Position numbers and translations under genes: made by a program
Notes under the pieces: model-generated
Seen by the model: the letters and a program-made list of their open reading frames with translations, nothing else
What the model was told of the DNA's origin: nothing
Database searches by the model: none
NCBI GenBank assembly: GCA_963665665.1
Contig: OY762428.1
Coordinates: forward strand, 2,688,001 to 2,752,000
Direction: 5' to 3'
DNA from: Candidatus Kapaibacterium sp.
Lineage (GTDB): Bacteria; Bacteroidota; Ignavibacteria; Kapaibacteriales; UBA2268
Length of the DNA: 64,000 nt
Part shown: one piece after another, positions 38,101-46,503 of the stretch
Layout: each line of letters starts with the position of its first letter
Numbering within the stretch: position 1 is the first letter of the stretch

Positions 38101-39353
38101 GTTTCGCGCCTCCGGCCTTTTCGGTCACGCTCATATTCTTCATCAATAATACCCAGTTCTTCCTTCTTTTCAGCACAGAGCTTGCCGACAGTATTATCGA
38201 CAATGTATTTTGTAATATACTTGGGCGTATAATAAACCCCGTCCTTTTTCCTTTTGCTCGTTTGAGATTTAAAGTCCTCTCCCTTTATCTCGGCCTGCAA
38301 TTCCTCAATCTCATTAAGGCTATGCTCAAATATATGGCCGAGAATATTAACGTCAACATCAGTGTCGAAATCGTAAGAAGAAAGATTCACGGTATCTTTT
38401 AGCAATATTTCATCGTCAATTATCAGTCTTTCCAATATCTCATCCGGTTTGAAAAGCTCCCCGTTATAACCATTGAAGTTAACTCTCGGGCTTTTATACC
38501 CAACATCGATATAATTGAAGAATTTTATAAAGATATTGAATAATGGCTGATAGGCATCCAGTTCCTTCAGCTGATTATAATCCTCAACAATCCTTGATAT
38601 AATATTCGGCGGAATCAGCCCCTTATCCTCGGCAAAGAAAATAAACAGCAGCCTGTCGAGTATTTTTTGTGATTTCTTCAGGAGCAAAAGTTTGTCATGC
38701 TCCGGATTGTTTTTTACAAGGTTGTTGAATATCTTTTTCTTGAATTCAGAATAATCCTTATAAAGTTTCTTAGATATATTCTCTTCATGGAGCTTGGAAT
38801 CCTGCTTTATCTTCAATGGTATATCAGAGAGGATGTTTTCCCTGCAAAGATACAAATAGAAAAGCCTGAAACGCTCCTCGGTCATTTCGAAAAGGTTAAA
38901 CTCTTCATGTTCTGTAGCATCTTCAATATAGAACCAAAGCCTTTCGAAATTGGATGTAATTACATATTTACAGCCCGGCTGATGGTTCTTGTAGTTGAAT
39001 GCCTGAGTTTTAACATCATCAAGATTCTTTGTTTTCGTTGATTTCAGTTCGATTACACCAATAGCTGTTCCATCTTTCAAGATAGCGCCGTCGGCTTTCT
39101 TGGCATCATCAAGGTTTTTATACTCTGTAGTCAGGTTATAATTCGGATCGGGATTGATTGTGTAGCCAAGAATATTTACAAATATATCCCGCAGGAATCC
39201 TTCCTGATATTGCTCCTCCTTGGACTGAATAATATTCTGGATACGTTCTGAATTAGAATAATGATCCTTGAAAGCCTGATATTTTTCTTTAACAATTGTA
39301 TCATCGATATTCGAAAGATACTTATTTACAACAGATTTCTGGTAAAGAGCCAT
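35169..39353 (-). CDS. Type IIG (Eco57I-like) restriction-modification enzyme with in-frame HUH transposase-domain insertion
   Basis: N-terminal PD-(D/E)xK (ADG..IELK); GVYYTP; DPACGSG (aa ~440); NPPY (aa ~905); TaqI-C-like TRD; IDQMVYELYGLTEEEI tail. Confidence 0.92.
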   Translation of the reverse strand: MALYQKSVVNKYLSNIDDTIVKEKYQAFKDHYSNSERIQNIIQSKEEQYQEGFLRDIFVNILGYTINPDPNYNLTTEYKNLDDAKKADGAILKDGTAIGVIELKSTKTKNLDDVKTQAFNYKNHQPGCKYVITSNFERLWFYIEDATEHEEFNLFEMTEERFRLFYLYLCRENILSDIPLKIKQDSKLHEENISKKLYKDYSEFKKKIFNNLVKNNPEHDKLLLLKKSQKILDRLLFIFFAEDKGLIPPNIISRIVEDYNQLKELDAYQPLFNIFIKFFNYIDVGYKSPRVNFNGYNGELFKPDEILERLIIDDEILLKDTVNLSSYDFDTDVDVNILGHIFEHSLNEIEELQAEIKGEDFKSQTSKRKKDGVYYTPKYITKYIVDNTVGKLCAEKKEELGIIDEEYERDRKGRRRETLVKLDDKLKEYREWLLGVTICDPACGSGAFLNQALEFLIEEHHYIDKLRSSMLNEGIVFTEIENNILENNLYGVDINEEAVEIAKLSLWLRTAKKGRKLSALNTKIKCGNSLIDDPEVAGEKAFKWEKEFPDVFVKKNMKAWHITTATHNSRYSERMRDYKVATGEAEWIDEEDEIIITKAISKIVKEDGLTVIEYNICGDHLHLLLVCEAEETSKIVGKIKSVSSRARNIDRGYTIPKSRSERRGEETGKRASGTEAERRGEETGTSKSSTSSTTTSSSSFSSSFSSLSNSRQGGMPPCLSENPLPSENPLSGSPLSENPLPSENPLSGSPLSEGSLPAGSTSENPLSENPLSENPLSENPLSENPLPESSLSSENLPAGSSPSYSPLSAPGSSSLSSSRSEASEGTKATARGVTQTKLWTQKYGKNEISGEEHLYNTIKYIRDNRIKHNMPENREIDKIKKEFLTLPENAFRPQYKGGFDVVIGNPPYVRVQNLNYSEIDYYKTNYSVAHKRIDISLLFFEKGIKELKENGLLSYITTIQFLNAEYGRKIRGFLLTKRIIEFIDYNGLAVFEGATTYPGVILIENSKAKQFNYRLLSKVGAEQLYSSKPTLMDPSELSDDVWVFSNTKKRDILAKIQSNCIRLKEIANPCTGLTSGLDSVFILTEQDYIDNNIEKGITLPVVRGRNLKRGYVSDNLDYVIYPYELIENETRLISEDQFRIKFPNAYSYLLKYKESLEKRKDSRKNLSNSSDWYKLIRKGKLDLFRSMKILTPGISKENRFAIDKKGMTYLCGGAGVFGLVQNKIDSNYLLALLNSKVVEFFMHSISTKKQGGYYSYLNKFLEKIPLPKNIDTKITKLSEQYQDLQSKYISKIEILTIFLMSSFTNIKLSEKLKNWDKLEFSDFIKELNKSVKKSSGNKLSKLDEMEWMEIFKTKKKEAMAIKEIIDRTDKEIDQMVYELYGLTEEEIKIVEGEE
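36669..37697 (-). mobile_element. In-frame RAYT/IS200-like Y1 transposase domain with internal palindrome
   Basis: WHITTAT, YNICGDHLHLLL (HUH) and LWTQKY..I.GEEHLYNTIKYIRDNRIKH, lying between EFPDVF and KGGFDVVIGNPPY. Confidence 0.82.
37197..37224. repeat. Perfect 28-bp palindrome (GTAG-type REP-like)
   Basis: tagacaagggggcatgcccccttgtcta equals its own reverse complement; the minus strand reads GTAG from 37225. Confidence 0.85.
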
Positions 39354-39856
39354 AGTAGTAATACTTAATTATTGTTCAACCAACGAACCGTAATATACAC
39401 ACAAAATAGAATTATTTAAAGTGTTTAAAAAGGATTTTTTTTGAAATTAAGAGATAGAATCAATATCAAAATCCCCCCCTACCCCATCTCCTTTTTCAGC
39501 TGTTCTGCTATTTCGCGCCAGAGATATTCGCCTTCGATATTCTTATCGATGAATTCACGGCAGAAATAATACCTCGCACCAGCGGATGTCGTACATGTAA
39601 AAGTAGTATTGCTTTGTCCATTTGCCCTTTGGTGTAGATAAATATTTTGCCATATATTGGAAAAGCTCCCGGTCGCTGACAGAAAACTTTTTACCGAAAA
39701 TATCCGAAAAATTCCTGAAAAGCCGCTACCTGGAATCAAATTTGTCCGAAGAAAAAGAGCAACCCGTTTCTTTGCATCCCGACATTAAAAACGGCAGGCT
39801 GAAGATTGCTTAGGAAGGGGGGATTATCATGGGGATGAAAAGAAGTTTTTCCGGCA

Positions 39857-40726
39857 ATGGGAGTAAGGCCGCTTAAAACAACTTTCGTAAACCTGATAGA
39901 ATCCAATTTTTCAGAAATTCTCTGCAACCTGCAAATCGAACATGATAACATTGACGAGATAGACTGGGCATTCAGCAAAGAGCGGCAGACATTTATAATT
40001 AACGTCCGGAATAAAGATAGAGCAAATATTGTTTTGGAACATCCTGTTTCACTGACGATAGAAAATAATCTGACAACAGTGTTCTCAGAAAACAAACCCG
40101 GCCTTGTTTACGTATCAGGGCAAAATATCGACCGACTTGTTTCCATTTACAAAGCCAGTCAGAAGGCAGGAAAAACTCTGGTCGTTGATGTTTATATAGC
40201 AAAAATTCTGAAGACGCTTTCTGAGTACAACAAATTTCCTTTCCCGAATAATTCGTATAATATCAAGGTTTGGTTTACGAAGTACGTTTGCGACCGCCTG
40301 GCCAGAATTAAAAGAAAAGATATACTCTATGAGTTCGCCGGATACAAGATCAGCAAATATGAAATTAACATGCAGCCGTCTGAATATGTTATCCTTACAC
40401 GCCCGTCACAGATAGTTGATATGGAGAAAATACCAAATCTGAAGCTTGGTAATTTCATATATTCATTATGGGAAGGCTATAAAAACAATCCCGACACAAT
40501 AAAATTGCTGGACTGGATACGGAAAAGGAAATTCACCGAACACAATATCCACACCAGCGGACATGCCGATCAGGAATCACTTTTGTGTTTTGTTAATGCT
40601 TTCAATCCCAGATATATCATTCCAATCCATACCTTGCAGAAAAATAAGTACAGCAGTATTTTCACGCAGAATGTTATAAATCTTCAGGATGGAGAGAGTC
40701 TGGAGTTGTCGGATTTTTTGGGTTGA
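39857..40726 (+). pseudogene. C-terminal half of an MBL/beta-CASP (RNase J-like) hydrolase
   Basis: QNIDRLVSIYKA, YSLWEGY, IHTSGHAD and IIPIHT are present; the N-terminal HxHxDH motif is absent. Confidence 0.7.
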
Positions 40727-40874
40727 TAATGTAAAACGGTACGAGACCATTAGCATTGTTGAAATTTGAAATGCCAAAAATTGATTTATTAATATTAATT
40801 GTTTAAATTGTTATTAATAATGAACAGATTAGTTTTTTGATAAATTCGACTCATTTCCATAAGGAATATTTTAT

Positions 40875-41786
40875 ATGAATGAAATTGAATACCAGGAATA
40901 TAAATATGAAAACGGTAAACTTTCTAATCAACCATCTTTGATAAGTTCAATGGAATATGATACATATCAGATTTTAAATAAATTTGAAGACGAAAAAGCT
41001 ACTGTTTATTATCCAAAATCAAATATTAAAGTCCAGAAATTCTATTTTCCGAGTGGCCAACCGGCATATTTTATTGTATTAACATTCAACGAACAAGGAA
41101 ATGTTATTAGCAGTATAAAATATGATGGTCAATTAGTTTCTGATAATGAAATTGATTTCGAAAATCCTGATTATTATTTTTCAAAACCCGAAAATCAGTT
41201 TGAAAAAATTGATGTAAGCAAAAAAAATTCAAAAGGAGAACCATATTACCAGGTATTTAAAAGTTTCAAGGAGATATATCATAGTTGCTATAATATTGAA
41301 GAAAAGAAAGTTATTGAAAAAGAGGAAAATGGTAAACCAAAAATTGAAATATGGTACGATGATAATATTTTTGATAGGTTGGTGTGTTATTCCTATTTTG
41401 AAGACAAGCTTGTAAAAGAAGAACATTATAATATTGATATGCAACTATTTGAATCAATTATTTATAGTTACAACTCTAAAGGCTTTATTTCCTGCGTAAA
41501 TATCTATAGTGAATTCAACAGAGAGAAATATCTCCTAAAATATCATTCTTCAAAATATCTTAAAAAAATTATTAGTTTAAGCGATAATCAACCTTCATAT
41601 GATACTCAATATAAATTTAATTCAGAGAATCAAATAATAGCACGATCTGTTCAAAATATTGATAAAATTATAATTGAAAAGCAACTATTCGAATATAACG
41701 ATCGCTATCAATTAATAAAAATGATTGAATTTGATGAATTTAATGAACCTTATAAAACGACTATTTTTGATGTAGAATATTTGTAG
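40875..41786 (+). CDS. Very AT-rich hypothetical protein with YD/RHS-like beta repeats
   Basis: Recurrent Y.Y..(N/D)G motifs; 303-aa open frame. Confidence 0.6.
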   Translation: MNEIEYQEYKYENGKLSNQPSLISSMEYDTYQILNKFEDEKATVYYPKSNIKVQKFYFPSGQPAYFIVLTFNEQGNVISSIKYDGQLVSDNEIDFENPDYYFSKPENQFEKIDVSKKNSKGEPYYQVFKSFKEIYHSCYNIEEKKVIEKEENGKPKIEIWYDDNIFDRLVCYSYFEDKLVKEEHYNIDMQLFESIIYSYNSKGFISCVNIYSEFNREKYLLKYHSSKYLKKIISLSDNQPSYDTQYKFNSENQIIARSVQNIDKIIIEKQLFEYNDRYQLIKMIEFDEFNEPYKTTIFDVEYL

Positions 41787-42136
41787 GTATGCAAAAAGAA
41801 ATCTGCAAAACTCTCACTTTTCCCACCAAAACAATCCCCAAACCATCAATTTTCTTACCATTTTGGTTGGAAAACTTAGAATTTTGGTGTCGTCAACTTG
41901 TTTTTTGAACTTTTTCAAACATTTCTGACACTGTGAGGCTTTCATTTCGTTTGACCTCGTAAAATTTCGTAAAATTTCGTAACTATACATTACTGTACAA
42001 ATATATAAAGTATCATCTGAATGCAGTCGTAAAAAATAAGCTTACAGGCAGTTCTATGATGGGAAAAATCAGCCATATTATTATGTTTTGGGACATTTTC
42101 CTGACCTGGAAGTGATATTTTACTGCCCAATCCTTG

Positions 42137-42949
42137 CTAAAGAAGCTTGTCAATTTCTCTTTTATCTATCAAAACCTTCCTGCCAACTTTAGTTGCCCGT
42201 AATTCACCTCTTTTTCGCCTGGCATATATGGTTTGCGGGGTAACTTTCAGCAATTGGGCTGCTTCTGCAACGGTAAGGAATTCTGTCGGGCCTGCCTCCT
42301 TGGTTTTCTGTTCTGGTTCGGGAGTTTCCCGGTTGGCTTCCATCAGGGATTTCTTGAAGTCAGACATAAAATGTGTATCTGTTCTATTTTGCAGCATATT
42401 CGTAAAGTTCAATTCTTCGATCAGCAACTGAAAATTTGACTTGCCGTGCAGAGGTATCATCATATTCCGCAGGTTGGGCCTTTCCTTAATGCTATTGTAC
42501 ATGCCGCGCAAAACAGCAATAATAATATTCGGATCATTCTTCATTATCCGGTTCATCAGGTTTTCGAATTTGTCCTTCACGATATTCTCGTAGTTCTGGT
42601 ACTCCCGGACTACATAGCTAAGGTAGGCGCTCCTGTGCGCGATATTATCAATTCTGCGACAGTATTTCAGGATTTCCGGAACGTCCCAGTCAGAAACAGG
42701 GAATTCATATCTTGTTTTAGACACCTGCGTCCTGATCTGCCGCCTGAAGGATGTGAAAAATGCCACGAACTTCTCCGCTGCTTCGTCAAATGTGAGTGAT
42801 TCAATACCATCGTCAGGCACAATTGTTTGAGCAAAATCATTTGCTCCAGTCACAAACTCCCCAAAAAATCCGAAGCTCCGGAAAGCATCCCTCATGAATG
42901 AAAATGAAAACAGAAAATCGAAATTATCCTGTAGCTGCTTGTCAGACAT
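42137..42949 (-). CDS. Protein with C-terminal excisionase-like HTH (HTH_17)
   Basis: FLTVAEAAQLLKVTPQTIYARRKRGELRATKVGRKVLIDKREIDKLL. Confidence 0.82.
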   Translation of the reverse strand: MSDKQLQDNFDFLFSFSFMRDAFRSFGFFGEFVTGANDFAQTIVPDDGIESLTFDEAAEKFVAFFTSFRRQIRTQVSKTRYEFPVSDWDVPEILKYCRRIDNIAHRSAYLSYVVREYQNYENIVKDKFENLMNRIMKNDPNIIIAVLRGMYNSIKERPNLRNMMIPLHGKSNFQLLIEELNFTNMLQNRTDTHFMSDFKKSLMEANRETPEPEQKTKEAGPTEFLTVAEAAQLLKVTPQTIYARRKRGELRATKVGRKVLIDKREIDKLL

Positions 42950-43175
42950 ACATTTTCCTCTATTTGATATTTTGCAATATTTATTCCTGCTAATTTAAGT
43001 TTCCCGGCCATACCGGAAAAGGAAAAAGTGATGTTTTTGGTGCATAGCAGATTGTTATCTGATATTCAACATTGATTTTGCCTGCTGATTTTTGATCGTT
43101 TACAGCTTCTTACATACTTTTGCACTGCCTGTTTTCTGATATGCAATACGGATTGCAGTAATTGTTGATTGATAG

Positions 43176-43292
43176 TTACATACCATTACATAGCCAGTGC
43201 AATACATGTTAAATATGTTTTACATACCATTACATAGCCAGTATTTTTCATTTCAACACCAGAACTTAGCTATTACATAACCATTACAGGCC
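43176..43292. repeat. Direct repeats, possible integrase arm-type sites
   Basis: ttacataccattacatagccagt is identical at 43176-43198 and 43220-43242, with a variant near 43273. Confidence 0.65.
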
Positions 43293-43773
43293 GGAACATA
43301 GCCAAAACAGGCCAGCTAAAAGCCGAGGCAATACTAAATACATACCAGAATAATTGATACTGAGCCAAACTTCGTTTGGAAAGGGAGGGTTTATGAAACC
43401 AAAAAAAGGACCTGATGTAGAAGTTGTTGCGATCAATTAGGAAAAATTTGGATAATGGAGATTTTTCTAATGATGAAATCAATTTGAAACCCTAAAATAA
43501 TAATGCGGGTTGATTCCTATCTTTTCCGGAATCTTTTTGGCCTTCTCCTTTATTCCAAAATTTTTAGAATTAGGGACTTTTTGGATTTCTTCATGGAAAA
43601 TTGTATTATTGGAAAATCATTACGAAAATATTTCCAAAATCAAGGCAATTTTTAACGAAAACGGAGCTATTAGCAACCGCAAATTCATCCAAAAGTGTTT
43701 AAAAAACTGTTTAAGACAAAAAGTAAAGCCCCTGCAATTTATTATATTACAAGGACTTAGAGTGATATATTTG

Positions 43774-43847
43774 TGATCCGGACAGGATTCGAACCTGTGG
43801 CCCCAAGTTTAGGAAACTTGTGCTCTATCCAGCTGAGCTACCGGACC
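43774..43847 (-). tRNA. tRNA-Arg(CCT)
   Basis: GGTCCGGTAGCTCAGCTGGATAGAGCACAAGTTTCCTAAACTTGGGGCCACAGGTTCGAATCCTGTCCGGATCA folds as a cloverleaf with anticodon CCT; CCA is not encoded. Confidence 0.96.
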
Positions 43848-43851
43848 ATCA

Positions 43852-44328
43852 TTAATTTATGCTGTCATTCCCATTTAGAAGTAATCTGCTGCCTGGAATA
43901 TCATCCCCGACGTGGAGAATACTAAGGGCAATGAAAGATTTCAATTGCTCTGAATCCAGCTGACGAATACCCATTGATATGGCTTTATCTATAATGGATT
44001 CGATGTTTTCGTTGTCAATTAATCCGAGCGCCTGCATCTGTATAAGCTCGCCCAGAGCGTCTTTAGTGAACATGTCTCTTTCAACGTCATGCAATATACG
44101 GAAAGAATTTATATTTGAAAAATTTTCCGAGAAAAAAATTTCTTCGGAAAATTCGATCCTGTCGGCAAGCCAACTGAAAGCAGTTGATATCTCGGAATGG
44201 GTATACCCACGGCTCCTTAGTTCCATTATATCAATATCCGAGAAATTCTTGTTGGATTTCAACTCGGAAATCAGATATACAATAATTTCAACTATTCTCT
44301 GGTAACTGTTTTTCGAATATTCACTCAT
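43852..44328 (-). CDS. DUF494/Smg-family protein
   Basis: IVEIIVYL, GYTHSEISTAFSWL, SFRILHDVE and LGLID motifs. Confidence 0.8.
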   Translation of the reverse strand: MSEYSKNSYQRIVEIIVYLISELKSNKNFSDIDIMELRSRGYTHSEISTAFSWLADRIEFSEEIFFSENFSNINSFRILHDVERDMFTKDALGELIQMQALGLIDNENIESIIDKAISMGIRQLDSEQLKSFIALSILHVGDDIPGSRLLLNGNDSIN

Positions 44329-44331
44329 TAA

Positions 44332-44742
44332 CTATTCTTTGATATATTTATTTTCAAGTTCCCGCATCTTCAGGCGTTCTTCATCGCTTGCATCATCGTA
44401 GCCAATTAAATGAAGCGCCCCGTGTACCGACAGCCTTTTTATCTCGTTTGTTAATGAAACATTATATTCATTTGCCTGACGTTTCGCTGTTTCCGCACCT
44501 ATGTATATTTCCCCGGTTAGTTCATCCTCGTCGAAATTAAAACTAATCACATCAGTAGGATAATCATGCCTGAGAAATTTATTATTCATTTCCCTGATCT
44601 CATTATCATCAAGGAAAATTATATTGATCGAAGCCGTATTTATATTTTCTTCTTTTAAAACTCTTTTTACCGCTTCCGTTACTTTCTTTTTCGGTAAGAA
44701 ACGCAAAGAACTTGAATTGAAAATCCTGATTTCTGCTGCCAT
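44332..44742 (-). CDS. ybeY: rRNA maturation RNase YbeY
   Basis: HDYPTDVISF, GEIYI and HGALHLIGYDD motifs. Start placed at MAAEIRI. Confidence 0.92.
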   Translation of the reverse strand: MAAEIRIFNSSSLRFLPKKKVTEAVKRVLKEENINTASINIIFLDDNEIREMNNKFLRHDYPTDVISFNFDEDELTGEIYIGAETAKRQANEYNVSLTNEIKRLSVHGALHLIGYDDASDEERLKMRELENKYIKE

Positions 44743-44761
44743 GTGGAAAAGTTCCTTAATT

Positions 44762-45193
44762 TCAGGGTAATGCTGTTTCTGTAAGGGAAAGCTGCATTGC
44801 AGATAACAATACTGCCGGATCCAGGCTGGCAAAATCAGCGCTGAGGATATCCCTGCTGATATTCGAGTACAGGGAGCATGTACTTCCGCGCCCGACAATC
44901 AGGCATGATACCAGGTCATCATTAGCATTTATAAAAATCACTTCGTCAGGTTCGAAGATTACATAGCTCATGCAGTCGTGCAATTCATAATAGCCCTGCT
45001 TAGTTTGAATGGATATCAGGGGGCCGTTAATATTTCTTCCAAGATCAACCCCGTTGTACAGTGACAGTACAAGAGACTGGCCGGTTTCCTCGTTTTTCAA
45101 CTTCCAGGAAAAACTATCGTCAAGTTTATCAGCTTCAGCGCCCAGAATCTCGGAAATCGCCTTTATGTCATTATCTGTAAAAGAAAAGCCCAT
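44762..45193 (-). CDS. Hypothetical protein
   Basis: ATG with ribosome-binding site; first gene of the ybeY-smg-tRNA run. Confidence 0.7.
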   Translation of the reverse strand: MGFSFTDNDIKAISEILGAEADKLDDSFSWKLKNEETGQSLVLSLYNGVDLGRNINGPLISIQTKQGYYELHDCMSYVIFEPDEVIFINANDDLVSCLIVGRGSTCSLYSNISRDILSADFASLDPAVLLSAMQLSLTETALP

Positions 45194-45310
45194 TCATCCC
45201 TCTTTATCAATATGTTATCTAATTCACCAAGTTTATTTCTTCATCAATGTAATTTAGAAAATTTTCAAGCCAAAAAAAAGAATTAATAATAATTTAATTT
45301 ATTAAAAATC

Positions 45311-45350
45311 AAAAAAAGCCCCTTGTCAATTATTTTGACACAGGGGCTAA
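45311..45350 (-). terminator. Intrinsic terminator
   Basis: agcccc..tgtc/gaca..ggggct hairpin with an A7 tract on the plus strand (U-tract on the minus strand). Confidence 0.65.
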
Positions 45351-45369
45351 ATTTGTGACGCTTCTGAAA

Positions 45370-45855
45370 TTATTCTATTTTACTGGAAATAATTACATTC
45401 ATTCCCTGAACTTTTTTAAATTTTCCGTAAACAGATACTTCACGTCCTGCTTTCTTTGCAAGTTTTTTACCTGCAAATGAACCATCTGTATTATAAATTA
45501 TAAATATCTTACCTCCGGAAAGAAGTCCTACCGGCCATCCCTTTTCAACTTCTTTGCTTGCTGAAACAGGGCTCAGATCAGGATTCCCGCCTGCTACCAT
45601 TTTTGTAATGCTTACTACTTTGCCTTTAAGCGGAGTTTTTGAGTAATCTTTTACTTCCGCCTCTTTTTGTTCCACCGCCTGTTCTTCGGCAACCTGTTCC
45701 TCTGTTACTTCGGTTACTTCCTGTTCTGTGGTTTCTGTAACAGCTTCCTCAACTGTCTGAGGTTCTGGCGTATCTGCTTTTTTGTCACCACCACAGCTTT
45801 CCAGCATGAATGAAGTGATGAAGATAATTGCGAAAAGAGCTACTAATTTTTTCAT
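45370..45855 (-). CDS. Hypothetical lipoprotein, paralog of the next ORF
   Basis: Lipobox LESC; Glu/Thr-rich linker; GKVVS..NTDGSFAGKKLAKKAG domain. Confidence 0.75.
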   Translation of the reverse strand: MKKLVALFAIIFITSFMLESCGGDKKADTPEPQTVEEAVTETTEQEVTEVTEEQVAEEQAVEQKEAEVKDYSKTPLKGKVVSITKMVAGGNPDLSPVSASKEVEKGWPVGLLSGGKIFIIYNTDGSFAGKKLAKKAGREVSVYGKFKKVQGMNVIISSKIE

Positions 45856-45895
45856 TTTATTTTCTCTGAATTATTTTCTGAACCGTATAATTTTC

Positions 45896-46387
45896 TTATA
45901 AAGCTACAATTTTGGCCGCTATGATAACTCTAAGGCCATTAATTGCTTTTACTTTACCAATTATTCCAATCTTGGAACCGGCTTTTTTTGCAAGATTTTT
46001 ACCAGCATAACTACCGTCAGTGTTAAATACCCAGTAAACTTTTCCGTTATCCGCTTTTAACACCAATGGTTGAGCACGTTCAAAAAGGCTTGCTGCATCT
46101 TTGGCACTAACTTCTGCATTACCACCAACAATCATGCCGTTCAGGCTTACCACTTTTCCTGTCAGAGTAAAATCAGTATTTGCTGCCTGGGTAGCTGTTT
46201 TTTTAGTTTCTTCTGTTTGAACTTTCGCAGCCTTAAGGCTTACTTTACCGGTATTCCCGGCCTGAAGTTTAACTTCTTTAACGGCTTCCTGCTTCTTCTC
46301 AGCTCCGCCAAGGCTTACTTTCTGAGCCATGGCTGCCATGCTGAATATCAGAGCCATTACCACAAAAATCGATAATGTTCTTTTCAT
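45896..46387 (-). CDS. Hypothetical secreted protein, paralog of the previous ORF
   Basis: Signal peptide MKRTLSIF..AMA; GKVVS..NTDGSYAGKNLAKKAG domain. Confidence 0.75.
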   Translation of the reverse strand: MKRTLSIFVVMALIFSMAAMAQKVSLGGAEKKQEAVKEVKLQAGNTGKVSLKAAKVQTEETKKTATQAANTDFTLTGKVVSLNGMIVGGNAEVSAKDAASLFERAQPLVLKADNGKVYWVFNTDGSYAGKNLAKKAGSKIGIIGKVKAINGLRVIIAAKIVAL

Positions 46388-46503
46388 GAATTTTACCTTT
46401 AAATAATTTTTTTTACTTAATTCATGTTTTAAATTTAAATATCCGGATACCGCCCGAAAGCGGATCCGAATATATTTAAATAAAATCAATAACCTGCCCG
46501 TTA

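Noticed and set aside
44395-44425. YbeY third zinc ligand is Asp (GYDD) rather than His
   Set aside because: To my knowledge this variant is common in FCB-group YbeY, so it is not evidence of inactivation.
45318-45348. ccccttgtc resembling half of the palindrome inside the R-M gene
   Set aside because: Short match, no GTAG foot, and fully explained as a terminator.
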